Counted from the stretch's first letter, positions 36,385 to 47,039 are shown. The stretch: DNA of 64,000 nt from Candidatus Sumerlaeaceae bacterium (GCA_051003195.1 JBPCLP010000045.1:96001-160000), one strand, 5' to 3'. Notes: generated by a model from the letters alone, not told the origin. Translations and numbers: made by a program.

Positions 36385-37108
36385 CCATGCTCACGACTTC
36401 TGCGCTGGTGCTCTCCCCCGGTGCGCGAACCCACCGATAACCAACGCCGCGAATCGTCTGCAGGTAATCCGCAGCGGGTCCCAGTTTTCGTCTCAACCGC
36501 TTCACATGCGTGTCCACCGTGCGGTCTGTCACGTTCGGTAAGTATCCCCATGCGTTTTGCAGCAGTTGATCGCGCGAAAGCACTTGTCCCTTACAGCGAA
36601 TCAGCTCAGACAGCAACCGCATTTCCGTGACCGTGATCTCCACTTTGTGCCCATTTACAAGGAGCTGGAATTCGTTTTCGTTTAATTCCATGCAGCCAAA
36701 AACCGTATGCGCCGCGTCGACGCGTTCATTCTCATACAGCGCAATCAGTTTCTTGACGCGCAGCATCAGCTCGCGCGGCGAGAATGGCTTCACCACGTAA
36801 TCGTCCGCACCCGACTCAAGCCCCAGCACGCGATCCGCTTCCTCGGCACGCGCGGTTAGCAGGATGACGGGCAGTCGGACTGTCTTCGCCTCTGACCGGA
36901 TTTGCTTCAGGATATCGATTCCATCGGTATCTGGAAGCATGAGGTCGAGAATGAGCAGTGTCGGAGTGCGTTTCGTCAGCAGTTCCATTGCACGCCGGCC
37001 ATCCGGTGCGGTTACTACATCGTAGCCGTTCTGCTCCAGGTGAAATGCGATCAACTTGGATATGGCGGCTTCATCTTCAACGACGAGCACCGTTCGAATT
37101 TTAGCCAT
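36368..37108 (-). CDS. OmpR/PhoB family response regulator
   Basis: VVEDE, LDLMLP..DG, GADDYVVKPFSPREL, RTVDTHVKRLRRKL, TIRGVGY. Confidence 0.95.
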   Translation of the reverse strand: MAKIRTVLVVEDEAAISKLIAFHLEQNGYDVVTAPDGRRAMELLTKRTPTLLILDLMLPDTDGIDILKQIRSEAKTVRLPVILLTARAEEADRVLGLESGADDYVVKPFSPRELMLRVKKLIALYENERVDAAHTVFGCMELNENEFQLLVNGHKVEITVTEMRLLSELIRCKGQVLSRDQLLQNAWGYLPNVTDRTVDTHVKRLRRKLGPAADYLQTIRGVGYRWVRAPGESTSAEVVSMDDDNA

Positions 37109-37186
37109 GGACTCGTACGTTCTGAATGGTGCTAACCTGGCGCATCATCTTTATTACCTTCCGCTTGCAAGGTGTTCCCTCAACTC

Positions 37187-37223
37187 AAAACCGCACCGGT
37201 CCGGCGTCCAGACCAGTGCGGTT
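37187..37223 (-). terminator. Terminator after pilin-like gene
   Basis: Minus strand AACCGCACTGGTC...GACCGGTGCGGTTTT. Confidence 0.65.
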
Positions 37224-37241
37224 AGTCTCTAAAGGCGGATT

Positions 37242-37949
37242 CTAGTTTTGCTCGGGCCCGCGTGGGCCACCATTCGCGACGGTTCGATCCCAGTTGCCAC
37301 TCATGAACTGCCCGCCAAAACGGTAGATGTCCCCACCGCTTACCGTTCCATTGGTTGCATCATAGTCGATGTACAGTCCGATCTCCCCGTTTTCGATAAC
37401 AGTGGGCTTAAAGGGAAAACACTTATACCCGATCTTCTCGCGTTTTTTGTCTGCGCCAGGGCTGAGTATCACGTAGGCCAGGGCCTTACCCTTCGCCTCC
37501 ATCGTTTGAAAAGCACCCTGTCCGTCTGCAGCCGTCACTGCGCTATAGGCCCAGGTTCCGGATCCGATGCGATATCCATCTGCCGCGCCACCTGTAATGT
37601 CATTGGAATTAGGCGGGGTGAAAGGATCTTTTAAAAGGCTGCTCAGGTATGCGATTGGTGTTGTGAGTTGTGTCGCACCATTCGCGCGATCTGAATAGTT
37701 CTGGTACTGAGCTACAACAGCGGCCTCGCGATCCATGTCGGAATCATTGTCGCGCGGCAGCGTGTTATGATCCACAGCGTATGTTTCAATAGCGGTGGCA
37801 ATGGTTCGAAGATCACTCTTCACGCGCGCCGCCTTCGCCCGGACCTGGGACTCCAGGAAATTCGGCACCGCGATGGCAGCGAGTATTGCAATGATGGCGA
37901 CTACGATAAGCAGCTCTATAAGCGTGAACCCGCGACGTATTGTCTTCAT
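37242..37949 (-). CDS. Type IV pilin/pseudopilin-like protein with prepilin cleavage motif
   Basis: AGGAGG RBS; RRG|FTLIELLIVVAIIAILAAIAVPNF; LTTPIAY, DPF, SPGAD, YDATNGTVSGGDI. Confidence 0.92.
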   Translation of the reverse strand: MKTIRRGFTLIELLIVVAIIAILAAIAVPNFLESQVRAKAARVKSDLRTIATAIETYAVDHNTLPRDNDSDMDREAAVVAQYQNYSDRANGATQLTTPIAYLSSLLKDPFTPPNSNDITGGAADGYRIGSGTWAYSAVTAADGQGAFQTMEAKGKALAYVILSPGADKKREKIGYKCFPFKPTVIENGEIGLYIDYDATNGTVSGGDIYRFGGQFMSGNWDRTVANGGPRGPEQN

Positions 37950-38177
37950 GACAGCCTCCTGATTTTTAGTTCGTGCGGAAAAAACGCCTAGCGCGGCCTC
38001 GGGCAAAAAGCCCGTGGCAACTTCGCGGCGTTTCTGTGGCAGTTTAGTGACAGACGTCAGGACGATGGCAGGGCATGCGCACCCTGACTATCAGGAGTAC
38101 TTTCGCACGAAAACGTTCGGTTCTTTTGCTGATCGTGCGGCCTGGTATGCGCACGCAGAAGAAGTTTTAGCAGAGTT

Positions 38178-39146
38178 TTAGAAGTAAGGCGGCGGTGGCG
38201 GCATTGGTCCCATGAACGGCGGTCCGAGCGGGCCGCCAGGTCCCAGTGGCACCTGTGGTATGATTCGCTTCACGTAGCCGTGCCGGTAGAGGACGTTGGA
38301 CGTTGCGCCTGGTCGATCGATTCGTTCGGCACGCACGACGGTTGTTCTGTCATTCCCGCCCACCTTCTTTCCGCGCACGGTGACAGACGCGCCGGTTGTG
38401 GGCACTCGCATTCCGGGCCGAGGTTCGACCAGCACCTCCACCAGCCCTTGCGACGATGAATCCAACATGAGGCGCAGTTTGCCACCGCTGCCATGCACCA
38501 CAGACGTGACTCTGCCGTTGACGGTCAGCGTGTCACCTGTACTGGCGGAGGCGCCCGCACTGCTTTTTGCGCCAGGGCTGTCCGACTCTTCGTCCAGGGG
38601 TACCATCTTCTTTACGCCGACGGACTTGCCTGACGCGGTCGGCACTTCTTCGACAATAACTTTGCTCTTCTCGACAGGCTGCTCCGGTTTATTATCGAGC
38701 GGTTCCGCGGGAATGGCGGCGTCGCTGGCGTCGCTCTTCGTCGCCGCGAGGGTCTTTTTGGCTTTTGCCTGCGCAGCCGGTTTTCCGGGGAGTATTCCAT
38801 TGGCTCGGTCGGCAGCTTCCCGTGCCTTTCGTTCCTTTTCGGCAGCGGTTTCAGTTTTCTTGCTGGTGTCGGCGGTTTTGCGTTCTGCTTGCGTCTTTGC
38901 GACTGCCGCTGCAGCAGCCTTCTTCTGCTCGGCTTTCTTGGCGGCGGTGACAGCATCCTCGACCATTTGCGCGCGCTGCAGATCCGGTATGAAGCCTTTT
39001 ACGACAACGTCCGACGTGCTTGCCGAATCATCGACGGCGGGTTGCGTCTCCAGGGACTGCAATTCAGACACTGTAGTCGCTTCCTGGGCGAAGGCGACTC
39101 CCCCGATAATCAGAATTCCGAACAGAACGCTTCGAAAACTTAACAC
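38178..39146 (-). CDS. Exported hypothetical protein, Lys/Ala-rich linker, possible OB-fold C-domain, poly-Pro tail
   Basis: Signal peptide ending AFA-QE; TVNGRVTSV...GASVTVRG; ends PMPPPPPYF; start inferred. Confidence 0.65.
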   Translation of the reverse strand: MLSFRSVLFGILIIGGVAFAQEATTVSELQSLETQPAVDDSASTSDVVVKGFIPDLQRAQMVEDAVTAAKKAEQKKAAAAAVAKTQAERKTADTSKKTETAAEKERKAREAADRANGILPGKPAAQAKAKKTLAATKSDASDAAIPAEPLDNKPEQPVEKSKVIVEEVPTASGKSVGVKKMVPLDEESDSPGAKSSAGASASTGDTLTVNGRVTSVVHGSGGKLRLMLDSSSQGLVEVLVEPRPGMRVPTTGASVTVRGKKVGGNDRTTVVRAERIDRPGATSNVLYRHGYVKRIIPQVPLGPGGPLGPPFMGPMPPPPPYF

Positions 39147-39248
39147 TTGTACGACCTTTTTGAACCAAATTGAGCCTGCTAAGCCGGAACGGTGCGAATG
39201 GCGTGCGCGTATGGACGCGTGGCCGGCAGGCTGAAGGGTTAGACAAAC

Positions 39249-39289
39249 AAAAAGCGCGGTTGGATGCACAAAATGCGACCAACCGCGCT
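39249..39289 (-). terminator. Terminator after rpmE
   Basis: Minus strand AGCGCGGTTGG...CCAACCGCGCTTTTT. Confidence 0.8.
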
Positions 39290-39308
39290 AAAATCAGAAC
39301 TACGTCGA

Positions 39309-39521
39309 TTACTTCTGGGAGTCGGCCTTTGCAAAACGCTGACGAAACTTCTCGACGCGGCCGGCGGTATCTACGAACTTTTGCTTACCGGTGAAAAACG
39401 GGTGGCAGTTGGCGCAGATTTCAAGGCGCTGCTCCTTCTTAGTCGAGCGAACCTTATAGGCGGCTCCGCATGCGCACGTGATTGTGGCCATTATGTACTT
39501 TGGGTAAACGCCTTTTTTCAT
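39309..39521 (-). CDS. rpmE: 50S ribosomal protein L31 (Zn-binding type)
   Basis: MKKGVYPKY, CACG, CANCHPFFTGKQ, GRVEKF; AGGAG RBS. Confidence 0.97.
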   Translation of the reverse strand: MKKGVYPKYIMATITCACGAAYKVRSTKKEQRLEICANCHPFFTGKQKFVDTAGRVEKFRQRFAKADSQK

Positions 39522-39703
39522 CTTATCTCCTAATGCCGCCGGCGCTGGAGCGGGGTGTCAGGACACCAGACGCGACCGTACGGCGAGCCAGTTTCGCAGT
39601 TGCAGAGGCCGGTCTACCAGCAGCCCGCCCGCTTATTTGAAAGAATCGCAAAGCGCACCCAGGTGCATAAATCGTGCATTTCGCCAGCCGGAATCGTGTG
39701 AGC

Positions 39704-40558
39704 TTATGGGCCGGGTTTATAGGACCTTACAAACTGCACACATGTGGTGATGTCAGGCACATTTGCCAGCCAGTTGTGCTCGTATTCAATTGATAGATTA
39801 CCTTCGAATCCCTGCCCGGTCAGTTCGTCCAGGCATCGGGTGATCTCGCCCACTCCGGTGCCGAAAGGCACACAATCGGAAGAGCCATAATCGCGCTTAT
39901 CCTTGAGATGGCTGCTGATAACCCGCCCTTTGAGTACACGGAGGCAGTAAACCGGGTTTAATCCCGAAGTCAGCCAGTGTCCCGTATCTGCGCAGGCTCC
40001 AATTCTTGGGTCACGATTCTGGACCATCTCCAGCACGTAATGCGGATCCCATACGCGGTAGTCCGGTTTATCCGGGCGCCGGGGATGCTCGTGAATTCCG
40101 ACACGGATGTCGAACTCTTTCACCAGTGGCTCGATAATGTCCAATCTGTCGATGTCTTCGGTCGTGACTCCATAAAGGCCCAGCGCCTTGGCGAAATCGA
40201 AAATCTGACGCCATTCGGTCGCATCGGTCCCGGTGACCACCCCATAATTCACCGCCTTAATACCGTGCTGCTTCAGTTTCTCCTGCACCTTCGCGATGTT
40301 TTCAGGGGAAGCGGAGTGCCCCCAGGTCGTTTGCGGATCGTACTTGCTGAGCTTCTGCCCCGGATAGAATTCAATGACTTTGCCGCCGGCTTCGGCAGTT
40401 TTCTCGATCGCCTCGAACACCGTGAATCGGTTAAAGCTGTACGCCTGGCAACCAATGGCAAAACCGTTTTGCCTGTACTCGGCAGGAATCGCCTCTGCGC
40501 ACGCAGATCCAGCGAATGCGACCACGGCGCCGGTCACTGCGAGTGCCTTCGGGTTCAT
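39704..40558 (-). CDS. Exported sugar phosphate isomerase/epimerase (AP endonuclease 2-like TIM barrel)
   Basis: GCQAYSF, ADTGHW, HLKD, SIEYE; GAAGGAGA RBS. Confidence 0.85.
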   Translation of the reverse strand: MNPKALAVTGAVVAFAGSACAEAIPAEYRQNGFAIGCQAYSFNRFTVFEAIEKTAEAGGKVIEFYPGQKLSKYDPQTTWGHSASPENIAKVQEKLKQHGIKAVNYGVVTGTDATEWRQIFDFAKALGLYGVTTEDIDRLDIIEPLVKEFDIRVGIHEHPRRPDKPDYRVWDPHYVLEMVQNRDPRIGACADTGHWLTSGLNPVYCLRVLKGRVISSHLKDKRDYGSSDCVPFGTGVGEITRCLDELTGQGFEGNLSIEYEHNWLANVPDITTCVQFVRSYKPGP

Positions 40559-40921
40559 GGGATCTCCTTCGGTCATCGTTGAAATGAACTGAACTGGGGC
40601 CCAGCTTTCGTTCAATCATATTCGCAATCGAAACACTGTGTTGCCTTTCAGCAGCAGTATTGCAACCGATTCTGGCAATTCATGTCTCAGATCAGCAACC
40701 AGTTTCGGGAGTGAACATGCGCTATGAGCCAGCAGGCCGGAATAAAGGATTCTTCGAGCGCGGTAGCAGGCTCAAGCTCCTGATGCTAATGTGCGCCACC
40801 GCCGTACTACCCGGCCAGGGAGCGCGGCCACAACTGGCCTGGGCGGCAGGAGAGACGGGCGAGCCGCTGCTCATCCTTGCCACGGGAAAAGAGCTCGCGG
40901 CATACAGCGTCGTCGGTGCAA

Positions 40922-42430
40922 ATGGCGATTAGTTTGGGCGGGTCATCGAAGTATTCGACAGCGCTTTTAACCTCGCTGGCAATCATTGCGCACTTCTCAA
41001 TGCCCAGCCGCTCCGCAATGGCTGCTCCGAACATTGTCTTCATCCTGGCGGACGACCTCGGATATGCGGATTTGGGGTGCTACGGTCAGTCGAAAATTCG
41101 GACGCCGCGCATCGACCAGCTTGCGCGCGAGGGCATGCGATTCACGCACCACTACGCGGGAAATGCAGTGTGCGCGCCCTCGCGTTGCGTGTTAATGACA
41201 GGCCTCCACCCAGGGCATGCGGTTGTTCGCGACAATCGGGAGATGAAACCCGAAGGCCAGTTTCCACTGCCCGCAAACACAGTCACGCTGGCCGGACTGC
41301 TGAAGAAGCGCGGCTATGTTACGGGGGCGTTCGGCAAGTGGGGACTGGGAGGCCCGGGCTCATCTGGCGAACCGCTGAAGCAGGGTTTCGACCGGTTTTA
41401 CGGTTACAACTGCCAGGCAAAAGCACATAACTACTACCCGCAATACTTGTGGGACGACAATACAACGGTCGCGCTCGATAACCCGCTCATCCCGCAGAAA
41501 GCGCGTTTGCCAGAAACCGCCGACCCATCCTCTTCGGCTTCGTATGGACGCTACGTCGGCAAACAATATTCCCCCGATCTGATCGCGGAGCAGGCCCGGC
41601 GCTTTGTGCGCGAGCACAAGCACGAGCCATTCTTCCTGTATGTGCCGACCACGGTACCACATCTTTCACTCCAGGTGCCTGAGGACTCGCTGGCCGAGTA
41701 TGCGGGCATGTGGCCTGACCCACCCTATACCGGTAATCGCAGCTATCTGCCGCACTTTACACCACGTGCGGCTTACGCTGCTATGATTACACGAATGGAC
41801 ACCGAGATCGGGCGTCTGCTGGATTTGCTCGAGGAGCTGAGAATATTGGAGAATACGATTGTCATTTTCACTTCTGATAACGGGCCAACCTATAAGCGCC
41901 TTGGCGGATCCGATTCGGATTTTTTTGAATCCGCTGGTCCGCTGCGGGGACTCAAGGGCTCGCTGTATGAAGGTGGTGTGCGCGTGCCGCTTATCGTGCG
42001 CTGGCCCGGCCACGTTCGCGCGGGCAGCACCTGCGACCTGGTGACTGGTTTTGAGGACTGGTTGCCAACTCTGGTCGAGCTCACGGGAGCCGGCGACAAA
42101 CCCGCGAAGCTGGACGGCATCAGTTTCGCACCTGCATTAGCTGGAGCAAAGCAGCCGGACCGACCCTTCCTGTACCGCGAGTTTCCGGCTTATACTGGAC
42201 AGCAGTCGGTTCGAGTTGGTGATTGGAAGCTAATCCGCCATAACCTTGGCGCTCGAAATCTTTCCAGTACCAGCCCTACGCTTGAACTCTTTAATCTGAA
42301 AGACGACATTGTTGAACAGCACGATGTCGCAGCGGAGCATGGCGACCAGGTTGCAAAGTTAAGCGCAGTTCTTAAGCAGCAGCACCAGGCGTCGATCAAT
42401 TTTCCGATCGCCAGCCTTGACGGCGAATAA
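40922..42430 (+). CDS. Arylsulfatase (formylglycine-dependent)
   Basis: PNIVFILADDLG, CAPSRCVLMTG, GKWGLG, SDNG, LYEGGVRVP; start uncertain. Confidence 0.93.
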   Translation: MAISLGGSSKYSTALLTSLAIIAHFSMPSRSAMAAPNIVFILADDLGYADLGCYGQSKIRTPRIDQLAREGMRFTHHYAGNAVCAPSRCVLMTGLHPGHAVVRDNREMKPEGQFPLPANTVTLAGLLKKRGYVTGAFGKWGLGGPGSSGEPLKQGFDRFYGYNCQAKAHNYYPQYLWDDNTTVALDNPLIPQKARLPETADPSSSASYGRYVGKQYSPDLIAEQARRFVREHKHEPFFLYVPTTVPHLSLQVPEDSLAEYAGMWPDPPYTGNRSYLPHFTPRAAYAAMITRMDTEIGRLLDLLEELRILENTIVIFTSDNGPTYKRLGGSDSDFFESAGPLRGLKGSLYEGGVRVPLIVRWPGHVRAGSTCDLVTGFEDWLPTLVELTGAGDKPAKLDGISFAPALAGAKQPDRPFLYREFPAYTGQQSVRVGDWKLIRHNLGARNLSSTSPTLELFNLKDDIVEQHDVAAEHGDQVAKLSAVLKQQHQASINFPIASLDGE

Positions 42431-42472
42431 CACACCACCGAGCGCTCCGCGCGCGGCTATGCACAGACCGCA

Positions 42473-42571
42473 CCAGGTGGTCTACCGTTAGTTCGTAATC
42501 AGTTCTGTGTGCCCAATCGAGGTCAAGTCTGCCTTATGGTGTGGTAAGAAACTACTGATTCGGCACACTAG
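42473..42571 (+). repeat. Family A element
   Basis: CCAG-GTGGTCTACCGTTAGTTCGTAATCAGTTCTGTGTGCCCAATC...GATTCGGCACA-CTAG. Confidence 0.85.
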
Positions 42572-42652
42572 AGATGGACCCGAACAATAATATCTTCGGA
42601 GCCGTTGCAAGAAGCACTGGCATTTACTAAAGTAGAGGTCGAGAAGCGGTTT

Positions 42653-45397
42653 ATGAAAACTACAATTGCGTACTGCATCATTGCCGGTCTGGTTGCCGGC
42701 GCGACATTTCCCACCCTGGCGCTACCGCCGCAGCGGCTCGCCACAGCGTCATCAGCCGCTAACCTCACCGTAAGGCGCGATACCGGCAGCACGGCCACGA
42801 GCAGTGAGATTACCGAGACGGTTACTCTTGAGGAGGAATCGCTCTACGGAAAGCCTATTACCGGTAAGCTAAGCGCGAGCCGCGTGGATGCAAAGGGGCT
42901 GGATGTACCCGGTGCCTCTGCAGTGCCGGGCGATTACCTGCTCCAGAATGCGAAGGTGAGTTTTGTGGTCAACGCACCGGAGCACCCCAACGGAAATGCG
43001 AACACGGGCGGCTACGTGATCGACGCTTTCATGAACGATCGGCCTGGTGATCGCCTCGGGCAGTTGCATCTCTACCTGAATGACAAATATCCACGCATGG
43101 CACGTTATACGACCGCGAAGATCGTGCTGGACGGTTCCACTACTTCGGCGGTCGCGGTCGAGGTAACCGGTCAGGACATCGAAGACCCGACAATCGACAT
43201 CACCACCACATACACACTGCGTGCAGACGAGACGGCGCTTGAGTTGCATACTGCGCTGGTGCCACGTAGCAACCCGCTGAAGGATTTCATAATCGGCGAT
43301 GCGTTTGCCTGGGGACCAACCCAGCAGTTCGTCCCTGGCAGTGGTTTCGACGTCGGCAAGCGCATTGACGCAGATTGGGTGGGAGGGATTGGCCGCGGTG
43401 TCGCCTATGGCTATTATGCGGTGACCGCCGGCCATCTATGGGGCCCTGCCGGTTCAACCTGGGTGGACGCTAACGTAACAACTGCAAGCGTGGCTGTAGG
43501 TCAAGCAGCGCACTGCCAACGCTTTCTGGCAGTTGGGCATGACCTGGCGGAGGTAAGCAGTGCCGCATGGAAAGCGCGCGCAGTCTCGCTGCAGAAGCTC
43601 AGTGGGTCGATCATTGAAAGTGAAAGCCAGCGCGGCGCAACCGGAGTGCGCGTAACAATCAGCCGCGATGGGAAACCACTGACACAGGCCATTTCCAGGG
43701 ACGGCAAGTTCGAAGCCTACCTCCCGGCCGGCAAATATAAACTCGATGCCAGCGATGCAATCCGCAGTGTCTCCAATCCGCACCTTGAGGTAGATCTTTC
43801 CACCGGTCCCGCAACACCGGTTAAATTCTCAGTCGCGTCGCCGGCCGTCTTAAATCTGCAGGTCGAGGATCCGGAAAAGGAAGAGCCAATCCCCTGCCGC
43901 ATAAGACTGTTCGGCATCAACGGCACCAAAGACCCCGACCTGGGCCCGGCGCATGAAACGCGGACGCGCAACACGGTCTACCTGCCGAAAGGGATGGATC
44001 GCATTCCCGTACCCGGCGGCGATTACAATCTCGTAGTGACGCGAGGGATCGAATACGATATGACGACGGTGCCGCTGCGGCTCGAGCGAAACCGCGAAAC
44101 AAGCCTCAAGGTGCAGCTGCATCGCGCCTTCAAAGTGGGCACCATGGTTTCAGCGGACTTCCACCTGCACATGAAGAACTCTTTCGATAGCGCGGTCTCG
44201 CTCGAAGATCGCGTGATCAGTTGCATTGGCGAAGGATTGGAGGTGCTGGTAGCGACGGATCACAACTACGTGACGGACCTCGAGCCAGTCATTCAGAAAC
44301 TCGGCTTGTCGCGCTGGGGGCGGTCCATTATCGGAAACGAAATCACGACGCGCAAGCACATGTTCGGACATTTCAATGCGTTTCCCATGGTAGCAAACTC
44401 CAACAAGCCTGGAAACGGCGCGAGCATGTTCGAAAAAACCGTTGCGGCAAAACTGATGGAGGATGCGGCCGCGACTCCCGGCGAGCAGGTAGTGCAGATT
44501 AATCACCCGCGCGCTGGAGATATCGGCTATTTCGACCGTGTGCAAATGAGTTCCGACGACGGTCTCACGACACACTTGAATTGGTCGGACCGATTCACAG
44601 CGATTGAGATCTTCAACGGGAAGCGGATCGACCAGTTTTATGAAACGGAACTGGACTGGTTCAATCTGTTGAATGTCGGTTACCGGTTCACTGCGACCGG
44701 CAACTCAGACAGCCATAAGGTATTCGACGCGGAGCCTGGTTATCCACGTAACTATGTGGACATTGGCGATTCGGCGGCTGCATCAGTGGGAGCGCCGGAT
44801 AGCGTCGTGGCCTCTGCGCCTTACAAGATTGAAGACCTGGTGAAGGCCGTGAACGAAAAGCACGCGGTGGTGGTGACGAACGGTCCTGTGATCACCTTCC
44901 GGACTAAGTCGGGCAAAAGCATTGGGCAGGACGAAACGGTAAAGACTGGGCCCGTGGCCTTCCAGGTACGTATTGAAGGCGCGAACTTCGTGCAGCCGAA
45001 TGAAGTTCATCTGATCGCCAACGGCAAAAAGGTGCAGGTTATAACAATCGCCGAAATTACAGCGCCATTGAAATGGGAGGGTGAGTTAACACATGACCCA
45101 ACCCAGGATACATGGTATGCAGTGCGGGTACGCGGATTGAAGAGCATGGAACCAATCATGACTCCATTCAACGAAGGTACCGTCGAACTCGACCCGACCC
45201 CTCTCGCAGTTACGAACCCGATCTGGATCGATAGAGACGGTGACGGCAAGTTCACCGCGCTAAACCAGCAGCACTACGAACAAATGCATAGAGATCGCAG
45301 TGCGGAAGCACTTGCGAACATCGACCAGCTGACGAGCCAGAGCCAGCAGCGGAACCTGTTCAGCCGAAGAAAACGAGCGATGCCTGGCGAAAGCTGA
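42653..45397 (+). CDS. Exported CehA/McbA-like PHP-family metallohydrolase
   Basis: Signal peptide; ADFHLH, TDHN, GNE, GHFNAFP, NHPR, GNSDSH, TNGP, TNPIWID. Confidence 0.82.
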   Translation: MKTTIAYCIIAGLVAGATFPTLALPPQRLATASSAANLTVRRDTGSTATSSEITETVTLEEESLYGKPITGKLSASRVDAKGLDVPGASAVPGDYLLQNAKVSFVVNAPEHPNGNANTGGYVIDAFMNDRPGDRLGQLHLYLNDKYPRMARYTTAKIVLDGSTTSAVAVEVTGQDIEDPTIDITTTYTLRADETALELHTALVPRSNPLKDFIIGDAFAWGPTQQFVPGSGFDVGKRIDADWVGGIGRGVAYGYYAVTAGHLWGPAGSTWVDANVTTASVAVGQAAHCQRFLAVGHDLAEVSSAAWKARAVSLQKLSGSIIESESQRGATGVRVTISRDGKPLTQAISRDGKFEAYLPAGKYKLDASDAIRSVSNPHLEVDLSTGPATPVKFSVASPAVLNLQVEDPEKEEPIPCRIRLFGINGTKDPDLGPAHETRTRNTVYLPKGMDRIPVPGGDYNLVVTRGIEYDMTTVPLRLERNRETSLKVQLHRAFKVGTMVSADFHLHMKNSFDSAVSLEDRVISCIGEGLEVLVATDHNYVTDLEPVIQKLGLSRWGRSIIGNEITTRKHMFGHFNAFPMVANSNKPGNGASMFEKTVAAKLMEDAAATPGEQVVQINHPRAGDIGYFDRVQMSSDDGLTTHLNWSDRFTAIEIFNGKRIDQFYETELDWFNLLNVGYRFTATGNSDSHKVFDAEPGYPRNYVDIGDSAAASVGAPDSVVASAPYKIEDLVKAVNEKHAVVVTNGPVITFRTKSGKSIGQDETVKTGPVAFQVRIEGANFVQPNEVHLIANGKKVQVITIAEITAPLKWEGELTHDPTQDTWYAVRVRGLKSMEPIMTPFNEGTVELDPTPLAVTNPIWIDRDGDGKFTALNQQHYEQMHRDRSAEALANIDQLTSQSQQRNLFSRRKRAMPGES

Positions 45398-45428
45398 TCG
45401 TCCGCTCGCGGCCACCGCAGGTTCCAGG

Positions 45429-46166
45429 TTAAGCCTTCTGCACCTCTGCGATGTACAGCGTCGCGATTCCAAACGTAAGCCGGTGGGAGACGACTTTCCC
45501 GCCGGCTTCTTTTTTCAGCAATAAGACAAACTCGTCTGTATCGGGAAAAGCCGCCACAGAATTGGGCAGGTATGTGTACGCCCGCGTCCCACTGAGAATA
45601 TGTCCAATGGTTGGCAGCACGCGTAGAAAATAAAATTTATAGAGTTGGCGGAAAATCGGCGTGCGGGGATGCGAAAACTCAAGAATCGCGATTTTACCCG
45701 CCGCCCGGCTGACGCGAATCATCTCGCGGATCCCTGCGCGCAGGTCGACCACGTTGCGAATGCCAAATGCGGCGCTCACGAGGTCGAAGCTATTGTCTGC
45801 AAATGGCAATCGAAGTGTGTCTGCAACGAGTGGACGCGGAGCGGACGCAGCGGTTAAGAATTTCCGCTGCGCAATCCGACACATAGCCGGCGTAAAGTCG
45901 GCGCTGAGAATCACCGGGTTCGTGTTAATCTGCTGCGCGCGTGCCGCAAAAGCCAGGGCAAGATCCCCCGTTCCTGAGCAGACGTCGAGCACCCTGCCGA
46001 TCTCTGGTTGGATGAGAACCTTTGAAACTCGCGCGCGCCAGCGCTTGTCGATGTTAAAACTGAGCAAATGATTCAAACGGTCGTAAGTTGGAGCTATGTC
46101 GTGAAACATCTGCCGCACACCGGCTGGCGATCTGGATTCTACCAGCTCGTGTGGTGCAAGATCCAC
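45429..46166 (-). CDS. ubiE: UbiE/MenG family C-methyltransferase
   Basis: MFHDIAPTYDRLNHLLS, LDVCSGTGD, AFGIRNV, LEFS, YLPNSV. Confidence 0.9.
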   Translation of the reverse strand: MDLAPHELVESRSPAGVRQMFHDIAPTYDRLNHLLSFNIDKRWRARVSKVLIQPEIGRVLDVCSGTGDLALAFAARAQQINTNPVILSADFTPAMCRIAQRKFLTAASAPRPLVADTLRLPFADNSFDLVSAAFGIRNVVDLRAGIREMIRVSRAAGKIAILEFSHPRTPIFRQLYKFYFLRVLPTIGHILSGTRAYTYLPNSVAAFPDTDEFVLLLKKEAGGKVVSHRLTFGIATLYIAEVQKA

Positions 46167-46168
46167 CG

Positions 46169-46939
46169 CTATGCGACCAGCCGAACCGGAAGCCCCTGCT
46201 CTGCCATGTAGCGTTTTGCCTCGGAAATGGTATAGGTGCCGAAATGAAAGATGCTGGCCGCTAGTACTGCGTCGGCTTTCCCGAGTGTCACGCCTTCGAC
46301 AAGGTGCTGCAAGTTGCCGACACCGCCTGATGCGATGACCGGAATACCAACCGCTTCGCTGATACGCTGCGTCAGTTCCAGGTCGTAGCCATCCTTCGTT
46401 CCGTCCCGGTCCATGCTGGTCAGCAGGATTTCACCCGCTCCGTAGTTCTCCATGCGCTTCGCCCACTCGACAGCATCGAGTCCCCTGGGGGTACGGCCGC
46501 CGTGAGTGTAGACTTCAAATTCAAACTGCGAATGGGCGGAGCGCTTCGCATCGATTGCCACAACGATGCACTGCGATCCAAAGCGCGAAGACGCCTGCTT
46601 CACAAATTCCGGATCTTCGACTGCGCAAGTGTTCAGGCTGACTTTGTCAGCACCGGCGCGAAGAAGGTTGTTGATGTCATCGAGAGTGCGGATCCCGCCG
46701 CCAACCGTCAGCGGCATGAATGCTTCGGAAGCGGTGCGCCGAACCACATCCAGCATCGTTCCGCGGCGCTCGTGGCTGGCAGTGATATCCAGGAATACCA
46801 GCTCATCTGCGCCAGCACGGTCATATGCGACTGCTGCTTCCACGGGATCGCCCGCGTCCACGAGATTGATAAAATTGACGCCCTTTACGACACGGCCGTC
46901 TTTCACATCCAGGCAGGGAATGACTCTTTTGGTCAGCAC
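46169..46939 (-). CDS. hisF: Imidazole glycerol phosphate synthase subunit HisF
   Basis: [49 protein letters not shown]. Confidence 0.97.
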   Translation of the reverse strand: MLTKRVIPCLDVKDGRVVKGVNFINLVDAGDPVEAAVAYDRAGADELVFLDITASHERRGTMLDVVRRTASEAFMPLTVGGGIRTLDDINNLLRAGADKVSLNTCAVEDPEFVKQASSRFGSQCIVVAIDAKRSAHSQFEFEVYTHGGRTPRGLDAVEWAKRMENYGAGEILLTSMDRDGTKDGYDLELTQRISEAVGIPVIASGGVGNLQHLVEGVTLGKADAVLAASIFHFGTYTISEAKRYMAEQGLPVRLVA

Positions 46940-46984
46940 GTGCAACGCTACTGAAGTGCGCGGCGATTGTTCGCACCCGTAAAT

Positions 46985-47016
46985 AAAAAGACGCAGGCTC
47001 GCAAAAGCCCGCGTCT
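46985..47016 (-). terminator. Terminator after trxA
   Basis: Minus strand AGACGCGGGCT-TTTGCG-AGCCTGCGTCTTTTT. Confidence 0.75.
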
Positions 47017-47039
47017 GGGAATTTACGGTTATCGAGTTT

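Noticed and set aside
37950..38177. c-di-GMP riboswitch upstream of the pilin gene
   Set aside because: Small hairpins only; the GCAAA...GAAA...GCAAAG pattern is not seen on the coding strand
39522..39703. Structured leader or ncRNA upstream of rpmE
   Set aside because: GC-rich with possible stems, but no recognisable family or covariation evidence from one sequence
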